64,000 nucleotides of DNA from a virus, in IMG/VR virus record IMGVR_UViG_3300046535_001092, positions 1 to 64,000 of that record; one strand, 5' to 3'. The position numbers and the translations under genes are program-made. This document shows positions 31,443 to 42,237 of the stretch, in pieces. The notes beneath the pieces were generated by a model. The model did not search any database, was not told the origin of the DNA, and saw only the letters and a program-made list of their open reading frames with translations. Numbering within the stretch: position 1 is the stretch's first letter; each line of letters begins with the position of its first letter.

Positions 31443-33867
31443 GGAGGGAGTATGAGGCCGCTACACTTCGTAGATGATGGTAAGGAGTATGCGATTGAGT
31501 TCAAGAGGAAGTTGTCTGATGTCACGTTACAGAGAATCGCTGGTGGTAACTCTGTCATGGGTCCTTCTACTTACCCTTATACTACCGTGGACATTGTGGA
31601 AGTGGATAAGTCTACGAGTCCATACACTCGTAGGGTACACCGTACGTTCACAGTAGGTTGTCACCATAAGGATAGATTCAATCGGGAGAAGGGTCGCATT
31701 AACGCTCTGCGCCAGGTCTCACGCACCGATAGCTTGAGTTATGAGTTTAAGGCTAAGCTGTGGCAGACCTACATGGAGCGGGCTAATGTCACCGACAGTC
31801 TTGAAGGTTAAGTGTACACATCCATTGCATTGGACAGGAAAGGTTAAACATGGCGGCAAAGTCCTTCTCTACTGCCACAAGTGCAACTCTTACGTGTGAC
31901 AAGTGTGGGGGTGCTTGTACACGTCGAATTCTAACACAGACCCCACACATTGATGTAGTTGGCAAGTCTAGTGGAGTAAATGCACTACAGTGGATCTGCG
32001 GAGTCTGCCTTCAATATTTGATAGGTTATCGCTGATGAAAGCTAAACTCACCATCACCCTCTCTGCCGAGTCTAAGGATGAGGTCATGAGTACCTTCCCT
32101 TCCGAGTACAAGTTTATAAGGGAATCGTTTGAGAAGGTGCTCAAGGATCATGGATTCATGGGAGTTGTCAAACCTGAACACACAGTTGTAAGGTGGCTAC
32201 TGGATTCAAGTTATGGGAATGAAGGATTACACGGGGAAGGCTAGGACTTGCGTGGGGGGTCTTAGTTGTTGTGGGACTAATTATGGCCCACAGAAGACTA
32301 AGAGAAGGACCCGCAGACATCAACGTAGAGTTGATAAGATGAAACTGAAGAAGGAGATTGAGGAATGAAGGCTATCTTCACTGAGAGGTTAAAAGAACAG
32401 TTCGGCAATATTGGTGTGGGTGCTACCTTTATTGTAGGTCCAGATTCCAAAGTAGTCTGTGTTAAGACTGCCAGAGCATTTGACGAGTCATATAATGCCT
32501 TTGACTTAGTTAACAATGTACGACTTGAGATGAGTGCTGGAGATCCTGTGTTCTTGGTTGATTGTGAGCTTAGGGTTAAGAGGGAGGTTTAGAGGAGGCT
32601 GCGGTGAATAGCTTTAAGAAGTGGAAGTTTCGCAAGAGGCTAAAGAAGGTGGTCAAATGGTATGGAAAAAGGTCGGGACTAACGAAGGAACAGAGGTCGA
32701 CAGTCCTAGAGAAGATGCTCTTAAGCCTAGGGTTATAGAATACACAGATCATGACCATGAATGGGCCTTTTTTCGAGCTACACATCCCCACTACTACTGT
32801 CAGGCTCTAAAAGACTCCCCCAATTGGCCCTATGTCACCCAAGAGGAACTGAAGGAGTCCGTCCGATGAAGATCTACACTAAGATTCTTGCTGGAGATGA
32901 CAGAGATGATGCTTGTAGAGAGGCTATTAAACAGCATTGTACTCACATGTTCTTTAATGGTAGGCTGTATAGAGTATCCTACTCTATAACTGAGATGCCT
33001 GGCTATGACAGTCTAAGAACCTGGTTAGAGAATAGACCTAATCCAAACGGTCAGTCCTACATTGAGGTTGTGTGATGAGCTACATACGCATCCCATCTAA
33101 CCCTGAACGTCTCCATATATTCCACGACAACGATGGAAGGGTGAAGATTAATCGGGGTCCATTCACTAAGTTGTTGAGTGTGAAGGCTAGTGACTTCAAT
33201 GCCCTAATCAACGCATATAACGAGTTTGACATGATCCCTGAAGGGGGATTTGAGGCTGGCAGGCTCACCCTTAAAGAGGAGGGATCTTGTAAGGATGCTG
33301 ACTACGGGAAGGTTATCCTTGAGATTAAGGGAGAGCCTGACTTAGAGATGTGGCTTGTGACCTGGCACTACATTGCTAGTCGTAGAGGTAGATTTACTAA
33401 GTTGAAGTCTCGGTTTACAGTGGAGAAGAAGAATGGTTAGAAGGACTTGCTATTCTATCGGATACACCTTAACTATTGGAGCTAATAGGTATGACAAACA
33501 TACCTTAGTAGCTGCTAATAGTCTTTCTGAGGTAGAAAGCTTATTCAGGGAGAGTGTTATTGGTCCTTGGACTTCCTTTAAGATAACCTCAGTCCAAAGT
33601 CAAGGTTCCATAGTTGTTGGAGGGGAAGATGCCTAAAGATGTCAAGAGCGTCTATAAGGTCTGCTACTACGCTAGTGATGGGTTTGGTCGTAGTGAGACT
33701 ACCTCTAAGAGCGTGTTGGTTATAGCAGAGAGCTTTGCAGAGGCAGAGGACTTGTTCTGGGATAATAAGCCTACTAAGGCTGAGACTGTCTGGTGGGTTG
33801 GGTGTGAGGGTAGAGTGCATGCAGGTAAGGTTTAGGGAGATTCGTGTAAGTAAGATTGGAGGTTAGG

Positions 33868-35019
33868 ATGGCTAGTTGTTTACAGGCACACAACGTATAT
33901 CTAGGTTGTGACCCTGAACTTTTCGTCGTTCGGAATGGTAAGGTGATTGGAGGGGAGAAGGTTATTAGCGAGAATGGCCTCCCTTACATGAGTCGGAAGG
34001 ATCCTACTAAGCCATGGGGTGGGACCATGGACGATACTAAGTGTAAGTTTGTACTCGATGGAGTGCAGATTGAGATGACCACATCCCCCTTCAGTTGTAG
34101 GGAGGTTATGGGCGATACGATTGCATGCGCCTTTGCAACCCTCAAGGAGCATCTCAAGAAGTATGATGCAAAGCCATGCTTTGATGCGGTTGTTGAGGTT
34201 GATCCTGAGGAGATGGCTACCCTGAGTGAGAAGGCTAGAATCTTTGGATGTGCTCCTTCTGAGAACATCTATGGTCCTCAACCGATTGAAGTGGATCCTA
34301 CAGTCTATCTTAAGAGAGCTGCAGGTGGTCATATCCATCTTGGACTGTTCAATCCTATCTTTGCTGGGATCGACTCAAAGATTGACTACCGGACTAGACT
34401 GGTTCCTATCCTTGACATCCTTGTGGGTAATACCTCAGTCATGGTGGACAGAGATCCTGGGGCTGTGGAGCGTAGAAAGGCTTATGGCAGAGCGGGAGAG
34501 TTTAGACTGCCCAAGCATGGACTTGAGTACCGTACCCTGTCTAACTTCTGGATTAAGGACTATAGACTGTTGTCCTTTGTGATGGGACTGTCGAGACTGT
34601 CTGTGGCTGTGCTTGGTAGCACACTACAGCGGACTATGTTCGACAATCCTAAGTATAGAGGGATCGCTGAGTATGCTCAATACTTAGATCAGCCTGACTA
34701 TGAGGCTGAGTTGCTGAAGAAGGTTGACATTGAGCAGATTCGGGCTGCCATCAACAAGAATGACTTAGATTTGGCTCAGAAGAACTTCGAAGGCGTCAAA
34801 GCCTTCCTTGCTGATCATGTTAGACGTCATACAAACATGGGTTTGAATTGGGAGACTGTGCCTAACTTTGAGTACTTTGTGAGTGAGGTTAATCGTGAGG
34901 GTCTTGGGAGATTCTTCAAGGAGGATCCTATTGAACACTGGACTAACCTCCCACTAAGTTTGGACAGACAGAATAGAGGTTGGGAACACTTCATCTCTAC
35001 ACTACCACGACGAGGTTGA
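33868..35019 (+). CDS. phiEco32-like COOH-NH2 ligase type 2
   Basis: LGCDPELFV, LDGVQIE, FGCAP, RAAGGHIHLG, YGRAGEFR, LEYRTLSNFW. Confidence 0.88.
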   Translation: MASCLQAHNVYLGCDPELFVVRNGKVIGGEKVISENGLPYMSRKDPTKPWGGTMDDTKCKFVLDGVQIEMTTSPFSCREVMGDTIACAFATLKEHLKKYDAKPCFDAVVEVDPEEMATLSEKARIFGCAPSENIYGPQPIEVDPTVYLKRAAGGHIHLGLFNPIFAGIDSKIDYRTRLVPILDILVGNTSVMVDRDPGAVERRKAYGRAGEFRLPKHGLEYRTLSNFWIKDYRLLSFVMGLSRLSVAVLGSTLQRTMFDNPKYRGIAEYAQYLDQPDYEAELLKKVDIEQIRAAINKNDLDLAQKNFEGVKAFLADHVRRHTNMGLNWETVPNFEYFVSEVNREGLGRFFKEDPIEHWTNLPLSLDRQNRGWEHFISTLPRRG

Positions 35020-35020
35020 T

Positions 35021-35743
35021 ATGGCAGACGCACTAAACATTGACAGATACCTTGGTAAGACCCTTAATAGGATCTCACTAGTGGGGATTGAGCTTGAAGG
35101 TGGGTGGCAAGTACTACCTCCAGGCACACAGCTTGCACATGATGGCAGTGTGAATCTGAGGAATGTGGATGTTCCTCTACAGGGAATTGGAGAACTGCCT
35201 AGCGAACCCATGCCGCCTATTAAGATGGCTTCATGGGTACGGAAGTTCTATCCGTCCCACACTAACTCCACTTGTGGCTTGCATATCCATATGAGCTTCA
35301 AGAGTGCTCTCCACTATGGTCAGTTGATGATCCCCGAATATCAGGAGACCATCTTTGACTACATGATTAAGTGGGCTAAGGAGGAGAAGCTTCCTAAGAC
35401 GCATGCCCTATGGAAGAGGCTTGATGGAACTAATCAGTACTGTAGGAAGATCTTTACTGCTGACCTACAGGCTCAGAAGACTAGCAAGTCTCACGACATG
35501 AATCTCCCAGGCAATAGATATACAGCGATTAACTATTGTCATGGTTTGCATGGGACGATGGAATGTAGACTATTGCCGATGCTGGAGAATGCTGAGACAG
35601 CTATTCGAGCTTTACGACATATCATGGATATTACTAATGCATGCCTTGTGGTAACAGCTAAGAAGGAGGCCAAGTTGAAGGCGAGTGCAGAGGTTAGAGG
35701 TGGAGAGGACGCTTGGGTGGAAGAAAGGAAGGTCATTGTATGA
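35021..35743 (+). CDS. Amidoligase (Amidoligase_2, glutamine synthetase-like fold)
   Basis: VGIELEG, HDGSV, GELPS, NSTCGLHIHMS, RYTAIN, TMECRL. Confidence 0.85.
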   Translation: MADALNIDRYLGKTLNRISLVGIELEGGWQVLPPGTQLAHDGSVNLRNVDVPLQGIGELPSEPMPPIKMASWVRKFYPSHTNSTCGLHIHMSFKSALHYGQLMIPEYQETIFDYMIKWAKEEKLPKTHALWKRLDGTNQYCRKIFTADLQAQKTSKSHDMNLPGNRYTAINYCHGLHGTMECRLLPMLENAETAIRALRHIMDITNACLVVTAKKEAKLKASAEVRGGEDAWVEERKVIV

Positions 35744-35863
35744 CAATGTTCACTCATAAGAAGTGGTATTGGAAGCCAACCATTTGTAGACGACCTAAGT
35801 ATACGTCACTGTGGTGGCTCAATCTTTATATTTCGTGGTAACAACGAAGGGGAGGGTAAAAGT

Positions 35864-37000
35864 GTGTGCGTGATTATGTTGGTGCAAGACAAGCGCCCTA
35901 CTGAGGAGATGATTAAGAAGGCATACGAGACCAATAGTCATGGTGCTGGTATTGCCTGGAAGCGTAATGACGCTGTCATCTGGAGAAAGGGCCTTGATCT
36001 TGATGAGATTAAGAGAATGGCAAAGAGTGTGCCTACTCCCTATGTCCTACACTTTAGGATTGCAAGTGTGGGCGGTCAGGCTAAGCAACTCTGTCATCCC
36101 TTCCCGATTGAAGAGGAAGCTCCTCTAGCGACAGAGGGTAAGACTAAGGGCTATGTCCTATTCCATAATGGACATTGGGGCAAGTGGAGAGACACTCTTC
36201 TTGAGCATCTACCTGGTAAGATTCCTGCTGGTAAGTGGTCAGATACTCGTGCCATGGCTTGGATGACTGCCTACTATGGTCTTGGCTTCCTTGAGTTTGT
36301 GGATGAGAAGGCCATTGCATTCGGACCTGGTGGATTTGAGGTGTTCAAGGCTACCGATTGGACAACGATTGAGGGAGTCTATTGCTCTAATTCACTCTTT
36401 CAGTATCGTACCCACAGGTATCATGGTGCTCATGTCTCCATTGATCCCATTTGTACATTCGGTAACTGTACAGTTAGGTCAGGTCTGGATAGTGATAAGA
36501 GGTGTAAAGAACACCCTTTAGTTCCAAAGGGGTTGGAAGCGACGGTCAGTGGCCAGAAGGATGGGAATACGGATTCATCTAAGGCCATCGACATTCAGCC
36601 CCTTCTGATTAATGGGGTTGCTAATCCTAAATATAGGGATCCACAAAGGCTTGCAGATGCTGTTGCAGCCTTTGGTGGCCCTGACCTTAGTAAGGGTCCG
36701 GTGGTTGGGTCGTTCTCTCCTGATGCTAGACTGAGATTGCAAGAAGATAAGAGCGAGTCTGGAGGTACTCGCGGCATGACCCCTTTTGCGATAGCTCAGC
36801 AACTCTTCAACGCGGGGAAGCTGAGCAAAGGGGAGTTGAAGAAGGCACGGAAAGCGCAATCCAAGTTAGATCGCCAGAAACAGAAGCTCTTGATGAAGGC
36901 AGTCAAGAAGCAGGTGAAAGAGGAGAAGCGTCGTTTGAAGTTAGCGCAAGAACGGATGCAGCGAGAACTAATGACACAACCTTGTTTCACGAAGCACTAG
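35864..37000 (+). CDS. Class II (Ntn) glutamine amidotransferase with long C-terminal extension
   Basis: N-terminal M-C, NSHGAGIAW, HFRIASVG, HPF, FHNG, SDT. Confidence 0.85.
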   Translation: MCVIMLVQDKRPTEEMIKKAYETNSHGAGIAWKRNDAVIWRKGLDLDEIKRMAKSVPTPYVLHFRIASVGGQAKQLCHPFPIEEEAPLATEGKTKGYVLFHNGHWGKWRDTLLEHLPGKIPAGKWSDTRAMAWMTAYYGLGFLEFVDEKAIAFGPGGFEVFKATDWTTIEGVYCSNSLFQYRTHRYHGAHVSIDPICTFGNCTVRSGLDSDKRCKEHPLVPKGLEATVSGQKDGNTDSSKAIDIQPLLINGVANPKYRDPQRLADAVAAFGGPDLSKGPVVGSFSPDARLRLQEDKSESGGTRGMTPFAIAQQLFNAGKLSKGELKKARKAQSKLDRQKQKLLMKAVKKQVKEEKRRLKLAQERMQRELMTQPCFTKH

Positions 37001-37173
37001 CACCACAGGGGGCTAGAAAGTTGTGTATTGAGGATTTCACGTGGGCCTGTTCTCTCAATCCAAAAGGACCATCAAAAGGTGGGCGAGTTATTTTGGACGA
37101 GGAGGAGATTAAGCGAGAGTCTCGGAGAAAGCAGGCCGAACAGGGTATTCAGGTGATTGGGAGGCTCTAAGGC

Positions 37174-37512
37174 ATGAATCAAGAAGAATTTCTCGCTTTC
37201 ATGCAGAAGAAGGAGCCTTCCTCTCCACTTCCCACTCAGACTATTGATGGTGAGGTTGATGGTGAGGTTGTCTATCCTGATCAGCATGCAAAGGATGATG
37301 GGGAGTATGCAGATGAGTTTGACGACCCAGAGGCTGCATTGCTATTGACTGTGGAGACTCTAGAGGATGTAGGTAGGATGTTGGATATGCTAGCAGTCAA
37401 GCATACGATTACAGATAGTATTCGTAGGCAGATTGTAGATCAGGCTAATGAGGTGTATCAGGTTATACACTCCATTGATGGGACCAAGGAACTTGAAAGG
37501 TCGGAGGTTTAA
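37174..37512 (+). CDS. Acidic hypothetical protein
   Basis: Asp/Glu-rich ORF inside the ligase cluster. Confidence 0.55.
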   Translation: MNQEEFLAFMQKKEPSSPLPTQTIDGEVDGEVVYPDQHAKDDGEYADEFDDPEAALLLTVETLEDVGRMLDMLAVKHTITDSIRRQIVDQANEVYQVIHSIDGTKELERSEV

Positions 37513-37514
37513 CT

Positions 37515-38276
37515 ATGTCATTCTATGTGTACTGTAATAGAGCGAGTGATGGGGCAGCCGAGCTTACGCGTGGGCTGGAAGGAACGCGGCTGCGCAGGTT
37601 TGATGGTATGGACTTCTGGCGTAAGGGCAAGCGGATTGTGCCTAAGAAGGGCGATATCATCATCTGTTGGGGATCTCCACTTCCTGAGATTGATGGAGTT
37701 AGAGTGTTGAATGGTGAGGATGACCATTACAATAAGTATCGGGCTGCGGAGTTTCTCAGCTTCAAGGGAATCCCCACAATCACAGCTGTTGCACAGTCCA
37801 GAAGACCTACCCCAGTAGACGCTAATGGTATGCCTATTGAGTGGGTTCCACGGACGTTCCATCATGTTGGTGGGAATGACCTGATTAAGCCTCCATATAA
37901 GCCTGACTTCTGGGTTAAAAAGGAGAACTTCGTTAGAGAGTTCAGGGTCCATAGCTTCGCCTCTAAGTCGATTAGAGCCGGTGTTAAGGTTCATAGAGAG
38001 GGGTTTGCTAATCCTAGTCCTTGGATTAGAAGCTTCGATGCAGGCTGGAGAATTAACTATGACAACTTCTCCTCTACTAAGCAGCTGAGAAGTCTTGCTC
38101 ATAAGGCTTGCAAGACCATGAATCTGGTGTTTGGAGCGGTAGACATCGCTGAGAAGGCTGATGGTACGATGGTGGTATTGGAGATTAATCGTGCTCCAGG
38201 GATTGAAGGTAACTCGATTCCTGCCTACTGTGCAGCTATTCAGAAGTGGGCTAAGGGAGAGAGCGAAGGAGAATAA
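37515..38276 (+). CDS. ATP-grasp peptide ligase (RimK-like)
   Basis: NK..A..L..GIP, REFRVH, WIRS, FGAVDI, VLEINRAPG. Confidence 0.85.
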   Translation: MSFYVYCNRASDGAAELTRGLEGTRLRRFDGMDFWRKGKRIVPKKGDIIICWGSPLPEIDGVRVLNGEDDHYNKYRAAEFLSFKGIPTITAVAQSRRPTPVDANGMPIEWVPRTFHHVGGNDLIKPPYKPDFWVKKENFVREFRVHSFASKSIRAGVKVHREGFANPSPWIRSFDAGWRINYDNFSSTKQLRSLAHKACKTMNLVFGAVDIAEKADGTMVVLEINRAPGIEGNSIPAYCAAIQKWAKGESEGE

Positions 38277-38673
38277 TATGAGTGTAAATTCGTTTGAGGA
38301 GCTAGATAAGGTCGTTAAGCCTGCAGAGAAGGCTAAAGAGGATCCTTGTGCCACTGCTCTAGTGGTTAGGACTAAGGAAGGGGAGGTTAGGTATCCGGCT
38401 GCTATCCCTTATACCCCAATTACTCGTCCTATCGTGCCTTATGCAGATAGTGGGCTTAGGGTGCATGATATTGACCTATATAAGCGTAGAAAGTCTAACG
38501 AGTATCGCCCAACGACCATTAGGTTTCCTAGAGAGGAACCACAGCAGATTAACATTCTAGGTACTCTGCCTGATGGGAAGGGGCATCTTATAGCTATGGT
38601 GGATGAGGACGGGATCATTAGACGGAGAATCATGAGCAGAGATGGTCACATTGGGAGTGTAGAGGATTAAAGC

Positions 38674-39390
38674 ATGCTACTACAGAACATGACAAGTTGT
38701 GGTATTCAGGAGATAGGGTCTATCCATACCCATCCTACAGCTGAGGATGCCCTAATCTCCTTCTGTAAACAGAAGACAGGATATTCTCCATCTCCTGAGA
38801 AGCCTTGCTTGCAGAGTAATCTGCATGAGTTCTACGTGTTTAGTGGGTTTATTGGGATGGATGGAGCAATCCGAGAGACTGCTCCCTATAACATTGTGCC
38901 TGAGTTTGTCAAGCTAATTGAAGACAATAATCTTGGGGAAGTGTGGAAGACTAAGGTTGGACGGAATAGAGCGGTTCATCCCAATCATACATATCAGGCA
39001 TATATTTGGAGTCCTGACGTAGAGCGGCTACAGGAGTGGTATCGTGGTACCCTTGTCAAGCCTACAGTTAAGGTTGAGGTTAAGGTTGAGACTATGCCTC
39101 AGGTTGTTCAGCGTGATGTGATGAACGCAGTTAGAAATATCGCTATGCAGGCTATTCCTGAGTTTGACAGAGCAGCTAGACTTGGTGCTGCACATGGTAG
39201 ACAAGCTAATCTAGAGGAACAGACTCAGCATGTACCAGATGCACCTAAGGTTGCTAAGGCTGCTGTAAAAGAAGAGAGAAAGCTGCCTCAGGCCTACTAT
39301 GATATCCCTGACAAGCCTGTTAGACGTGCTACAGTAAAGCTGGGGCTGAAGCCAAGAAAGAGACTTTTTAGACGAGGAGGAGGGTTCTAA
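38674..39390 (+). CDS. CG-x-x-E paralog family protein with C-terminal extension
   Basis: TSCGIQEI..YVFSG..LGEV..N..YQAYIWSPD..WY. Confidence 0.6.
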   Translation: MLLQNMTSCGIQEIGSIHTHPTAEDALISFCKQKTGYSPSPEKPCLQSNLHEFYVFSGFIGMDGAIRETAPYNIVPEFVKLIEDNNLGEVWKTKVGRNRAVHPNHTYQAYIWSPDVERLQEWYRGTLVKPTVKVEVKVETMPQVVQRDVMNAVRNIAMQAIPEFDRAARLGAAHGRQANLEEQTQHVPDAPKVAKAAVKEERKLPQAYYDIPDKPVRRATVKLGLKPRKRLFRRGGGF

Positions 39391-40196
39391 TGGCATTGCT
39401 AGGAAAGTCATTGAGTGTTGCTGAGACTGAGCCATGGGTGCTGGATGAGGGGCTTGCACTGATTCGAGCCATTCAGACTGACACTAGAAACTACGGCTAC
39501 CATATCGCATTGGGTGGTGGAGTTCTTAATAAGGGTAGATCAAGTAAGGATATTGATTTATTCTTCCTTCCTATGGAGGGTAAGGGTTTCACCATGCTCG
39601 ATAAGAAGCTGGTGGCATGGCTTATTAGTATGTGGGGTGAGCCTGAGGACATGACTAAGCCTTCTAAAGAAGGTCCTAAGTATAAGACTGTGAGATCACA
39701 GCCAGTGTTAAGAACGTCCCCATGGTCTCTTAACATTGATAACATTGTTGCTACTAATGCTCCACCACCCCCAGCCCCAGTAGCACCTAACAATCTAGGT
39801 GATGGTCTAACTGAAGCTCAGAGGGAGTATGCTAGATATCAGGAGCATGCTAGACAGATTAGGGATGAGAACAATAGGATAGAGGCCGAGAGACGAGCTA
39901 GACAAGCTGAGAATCTTATACCTGAACAACCTCTCCATCAGTACTATGTGGCTAACTATAATGCTGATGGGACTATGGACTTTAGAGTTAATCCAGTATT
40001 TGCTGAGACTGTAGCTGAGGGTCCAGCTCCTGATCCTATTCCTGGAACCATTGGTGCTGAGATGCAGGCAGCTAGTGCTGGTCTAGGTGTAATCACTGAG
40101 GCTTCTGTTGAGCCTTATAAGTCTGGAAGTTCTATCTATCGGTATAAGCTGAAGTTTCATCGTGGTGATGGTAGAATTGACGCGTTCATCGTTTAG
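39390..40196 (+). CDS. Pol-beta-superfamily nucleotidyltransferase-like protein with large insertion
   Basis: HIALGGGVL..SKDIDLFF; terminal RIDAFIV strand. Confidence 0.6.
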   Translation: MALLGKSLSVAETEPWVLDEGLALIRAIQTDTRNYGYHIALGGGVLNKGRSSKDIDLFFLPMEGKGFTMLDKKLVAWLISMWGEPEDMTKPSKEGPKYKTVRSQPVLRTSPWSLNIDNIVATNAPPPPAPVAPNNLGDGLTEAQREYARYQEHARQIRDENNRIEAERRARQAENLIPEQPLHQYYVANYNADGTMDFRVNPVFAETVAEGPAPDPIPGTIGAEMQAASAGLGVITEASVEPYKSGSSIYRYKLKFHRGDGRIDAFIV

Positions 40197-40208
40197 GAAG
40201 GGGAAGAA

Positions 40209-40694
40209 ATGGCTGAGACAATTAATATGATTAAGAGGGGTGAGACATGTATGCAGATCACCCTGCATCGGTCTGCGATTGGGCTAAGTGTCCATGTCAA
40301 GACCCATCCTGCTATTGAGGACTTCATGAGAAGTCTGGGAGATGGTCTTGTAAAACCAGTTGAGATCTATGGTAAGTCGTGGATCTCTATGCCTGGGTCC
40401 GAGAGAAGTCTGGAGATCTATAATATGGATCGTAGTCTGCCATATGATATGTATCGCCTAGATATCGCTGGTAGACCAATGGAGCAAGAGGGGCAGCTAA
40501 ATATGAGCTTCCTACGGCTTGCAGGTACAAGTGAGGGTAATGGGGTTACCTTTGGAGTGAAGGGCGTATATAGTTTGGAGTCCCTTAGAAATCTGAGAGA
40601 CAAGATTAGTGCCTCTGCTAGACAGCTCTATATCGAGTACCTCCGTCCGGTTGATCTCACTGTGACTGTGAGTACTCAGGAAATGGCAGGATAG
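40209..40694 (+). CDS. Hypothetical protein
   Basis: 161-aa ORF with RBS. Confidence 0.6.
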   Translation: MAETINMIKRGETCMQITLHRSAIGLSVHVKTHPAIEDFMRSLGDGLVKPVEIYGKSWISMPGSERSLEIYNMDRSLPYDMYRLDIAGRPMEQEGQLNMSFLRLAGTSEGNGVTFGVKGVYSLESLRNLRDKISASARQLYIEYLRPVDLTVTVSTQEMAG

Positions 40695-41323
40695 AATGGG
40701 TAGAGAAGCAAACGTTACGAAGGAGCGGGTCTGTCCGCTGTGTGCCAAGATTCTAGTTGTTACTGGTAAGGAACTTCGGTCACATATTGCAAATTGTAAA
40801 GGGTTAGAGGCATGAACTTTAGACAGTTTCTAAATCAGATTTCTGAGGTAGCTGGACATAGAAATGCTGCTACAGAGGTTAGGTTTCTGTTTTGGAATGA
40901 CATTTGTCCCTACACGGCAGGAGAGCCAGTGAAGGTGGAATGGGATAAGAAGAACAATGAAGTTACAGTCATTATCGGCCAAGAGCCGAAAGATTTCCTC
41001 TAACCTAGAGTTAGAAGGTCTTAGGGTGTTTGCCCTGAGGATCGGAGCGGGCTGGGTGGAAATTAGAGCCTCTGAGACTAAGCCAACTGGATACATCTCT
41101 AAGGCTACTAAGATGGTGGAGACCCCTGAACTATACTTTGACTCCAATGGCCGTGAACGGTCAAAGCTTGTCAAGAAGGAATTAGTTATAGAGATGATCC
41201 ACCATGAGGGAGGGGAGATTCTGTGCTCGCTGAAGACTTCTAAGTTTTCAGCCCTGACCAGGCTCCCACTCCCACCTAAAGGACACATCACCGAAGTCCC
41301 TGCTGAGCAGGCGAGTCGGTTTC

Positions 41324-41352
41324 TTGACAAATCGTGGAGACGGAAGCATAAT
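41324..41352 (+). promoter_or_regulatory. Sigma70-type promoter
   Basis: TTGACA-17 nt-CATAAT. Confidence 0.6.
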
Positions 41353-41889
41353 CTTTCCTAGCCTGCGGTGCCGTGGAGGGTTAGGTTGAGAGGGAAGGAG
41401 AGGTATGAGTGACTGTAAAGACAATGGTCTATATCATCAGAAGTTGGATCTGTTAATTAGTCTACAGAGAGAGTCAAACAGCCAACAGGCTGAGATTATA
41501 GAGCAGAATGAAGAGATTATCGAGAAACTGACTGAGATTAACTTGAGTGGCAGAGGGTATGACATTGAGAATTAAAAGCGTCCAATGTTCATATAGTGGG
41601 TGTGGCGATAGACGTAGACACCATGAGAATCCAGAGCCAAGAGGCATTAGAAATACCTTCATCGTTCCTGGAGATTCTAAAGGACCGTGGTTTTGCTCTA
41701 TAGAGTGCTCAGCTTATTATAAAGCGGTAGGAGATAATGGAAGACCCAACGCGCCAACAGAAAATAGACCTTATCCGTAAGCTAATGGATCGTGCTCTAG
41801 AGGCTATAGAAAGAGACTATCAAGAGGCTATGGCTAAGATCTACTTTAGTAAGGACTGGGGACCGAAAGAAGAGGAAGAGGATCATTAG

Positions 41890-42237
41890 GTGGACAAATC
41901 GGTAGACCCTGGACAGCTGGCGATAGACCTACTGTCTAGGTCCATATGTTCCGTACAGGTCGCAGCGGTCATTGTGGATAGAAAAGGTAGCATATTCGCA
42001 TGGGGATGGAATTCCTGTGGTTCAGACGGGTATGGTGAACATGCAGAATGTGCTGCCATCAGGCGGGCAAATCAACGTAGGTTAAAGCATGCTACGATAT
42101 ATGTGGCTGCAAGGCGTAGGGATAGGAAGTGGGACAAGTGCGTAACTGCTAAGCCCTGTCTATCTTGTCAGTATAGACTTGATAGATGGGGTCTTAGCGT
42201 GGTATTTAGAGATGGTAAAGGAGTGTGGAATGGGTGA
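41890..42237 (+). CDS. Zinc-dependent nucleotide/nucleic-acid deaminase
   Basis: VAAVIVD..GWN..HAECAAI..IYVA..KPCLSC. Confidence 0.85.
   Translation: MDKSVDPGQLAIDLLSRSICSVQVAAVIVDRKGSIFAWGWNSCGSDGYGEHAECAAIRRANQRRLKHATIYVAARRRDRKWDKCVTAKPCLSCQYRLDRWGLSVVFRDGKGVWNG

Noticed and set aside
37518-38354. 278-aa minus-strand ORF and similar antisense ORFs
   Set aside because: Shadows of motif-supported genes on the other strand
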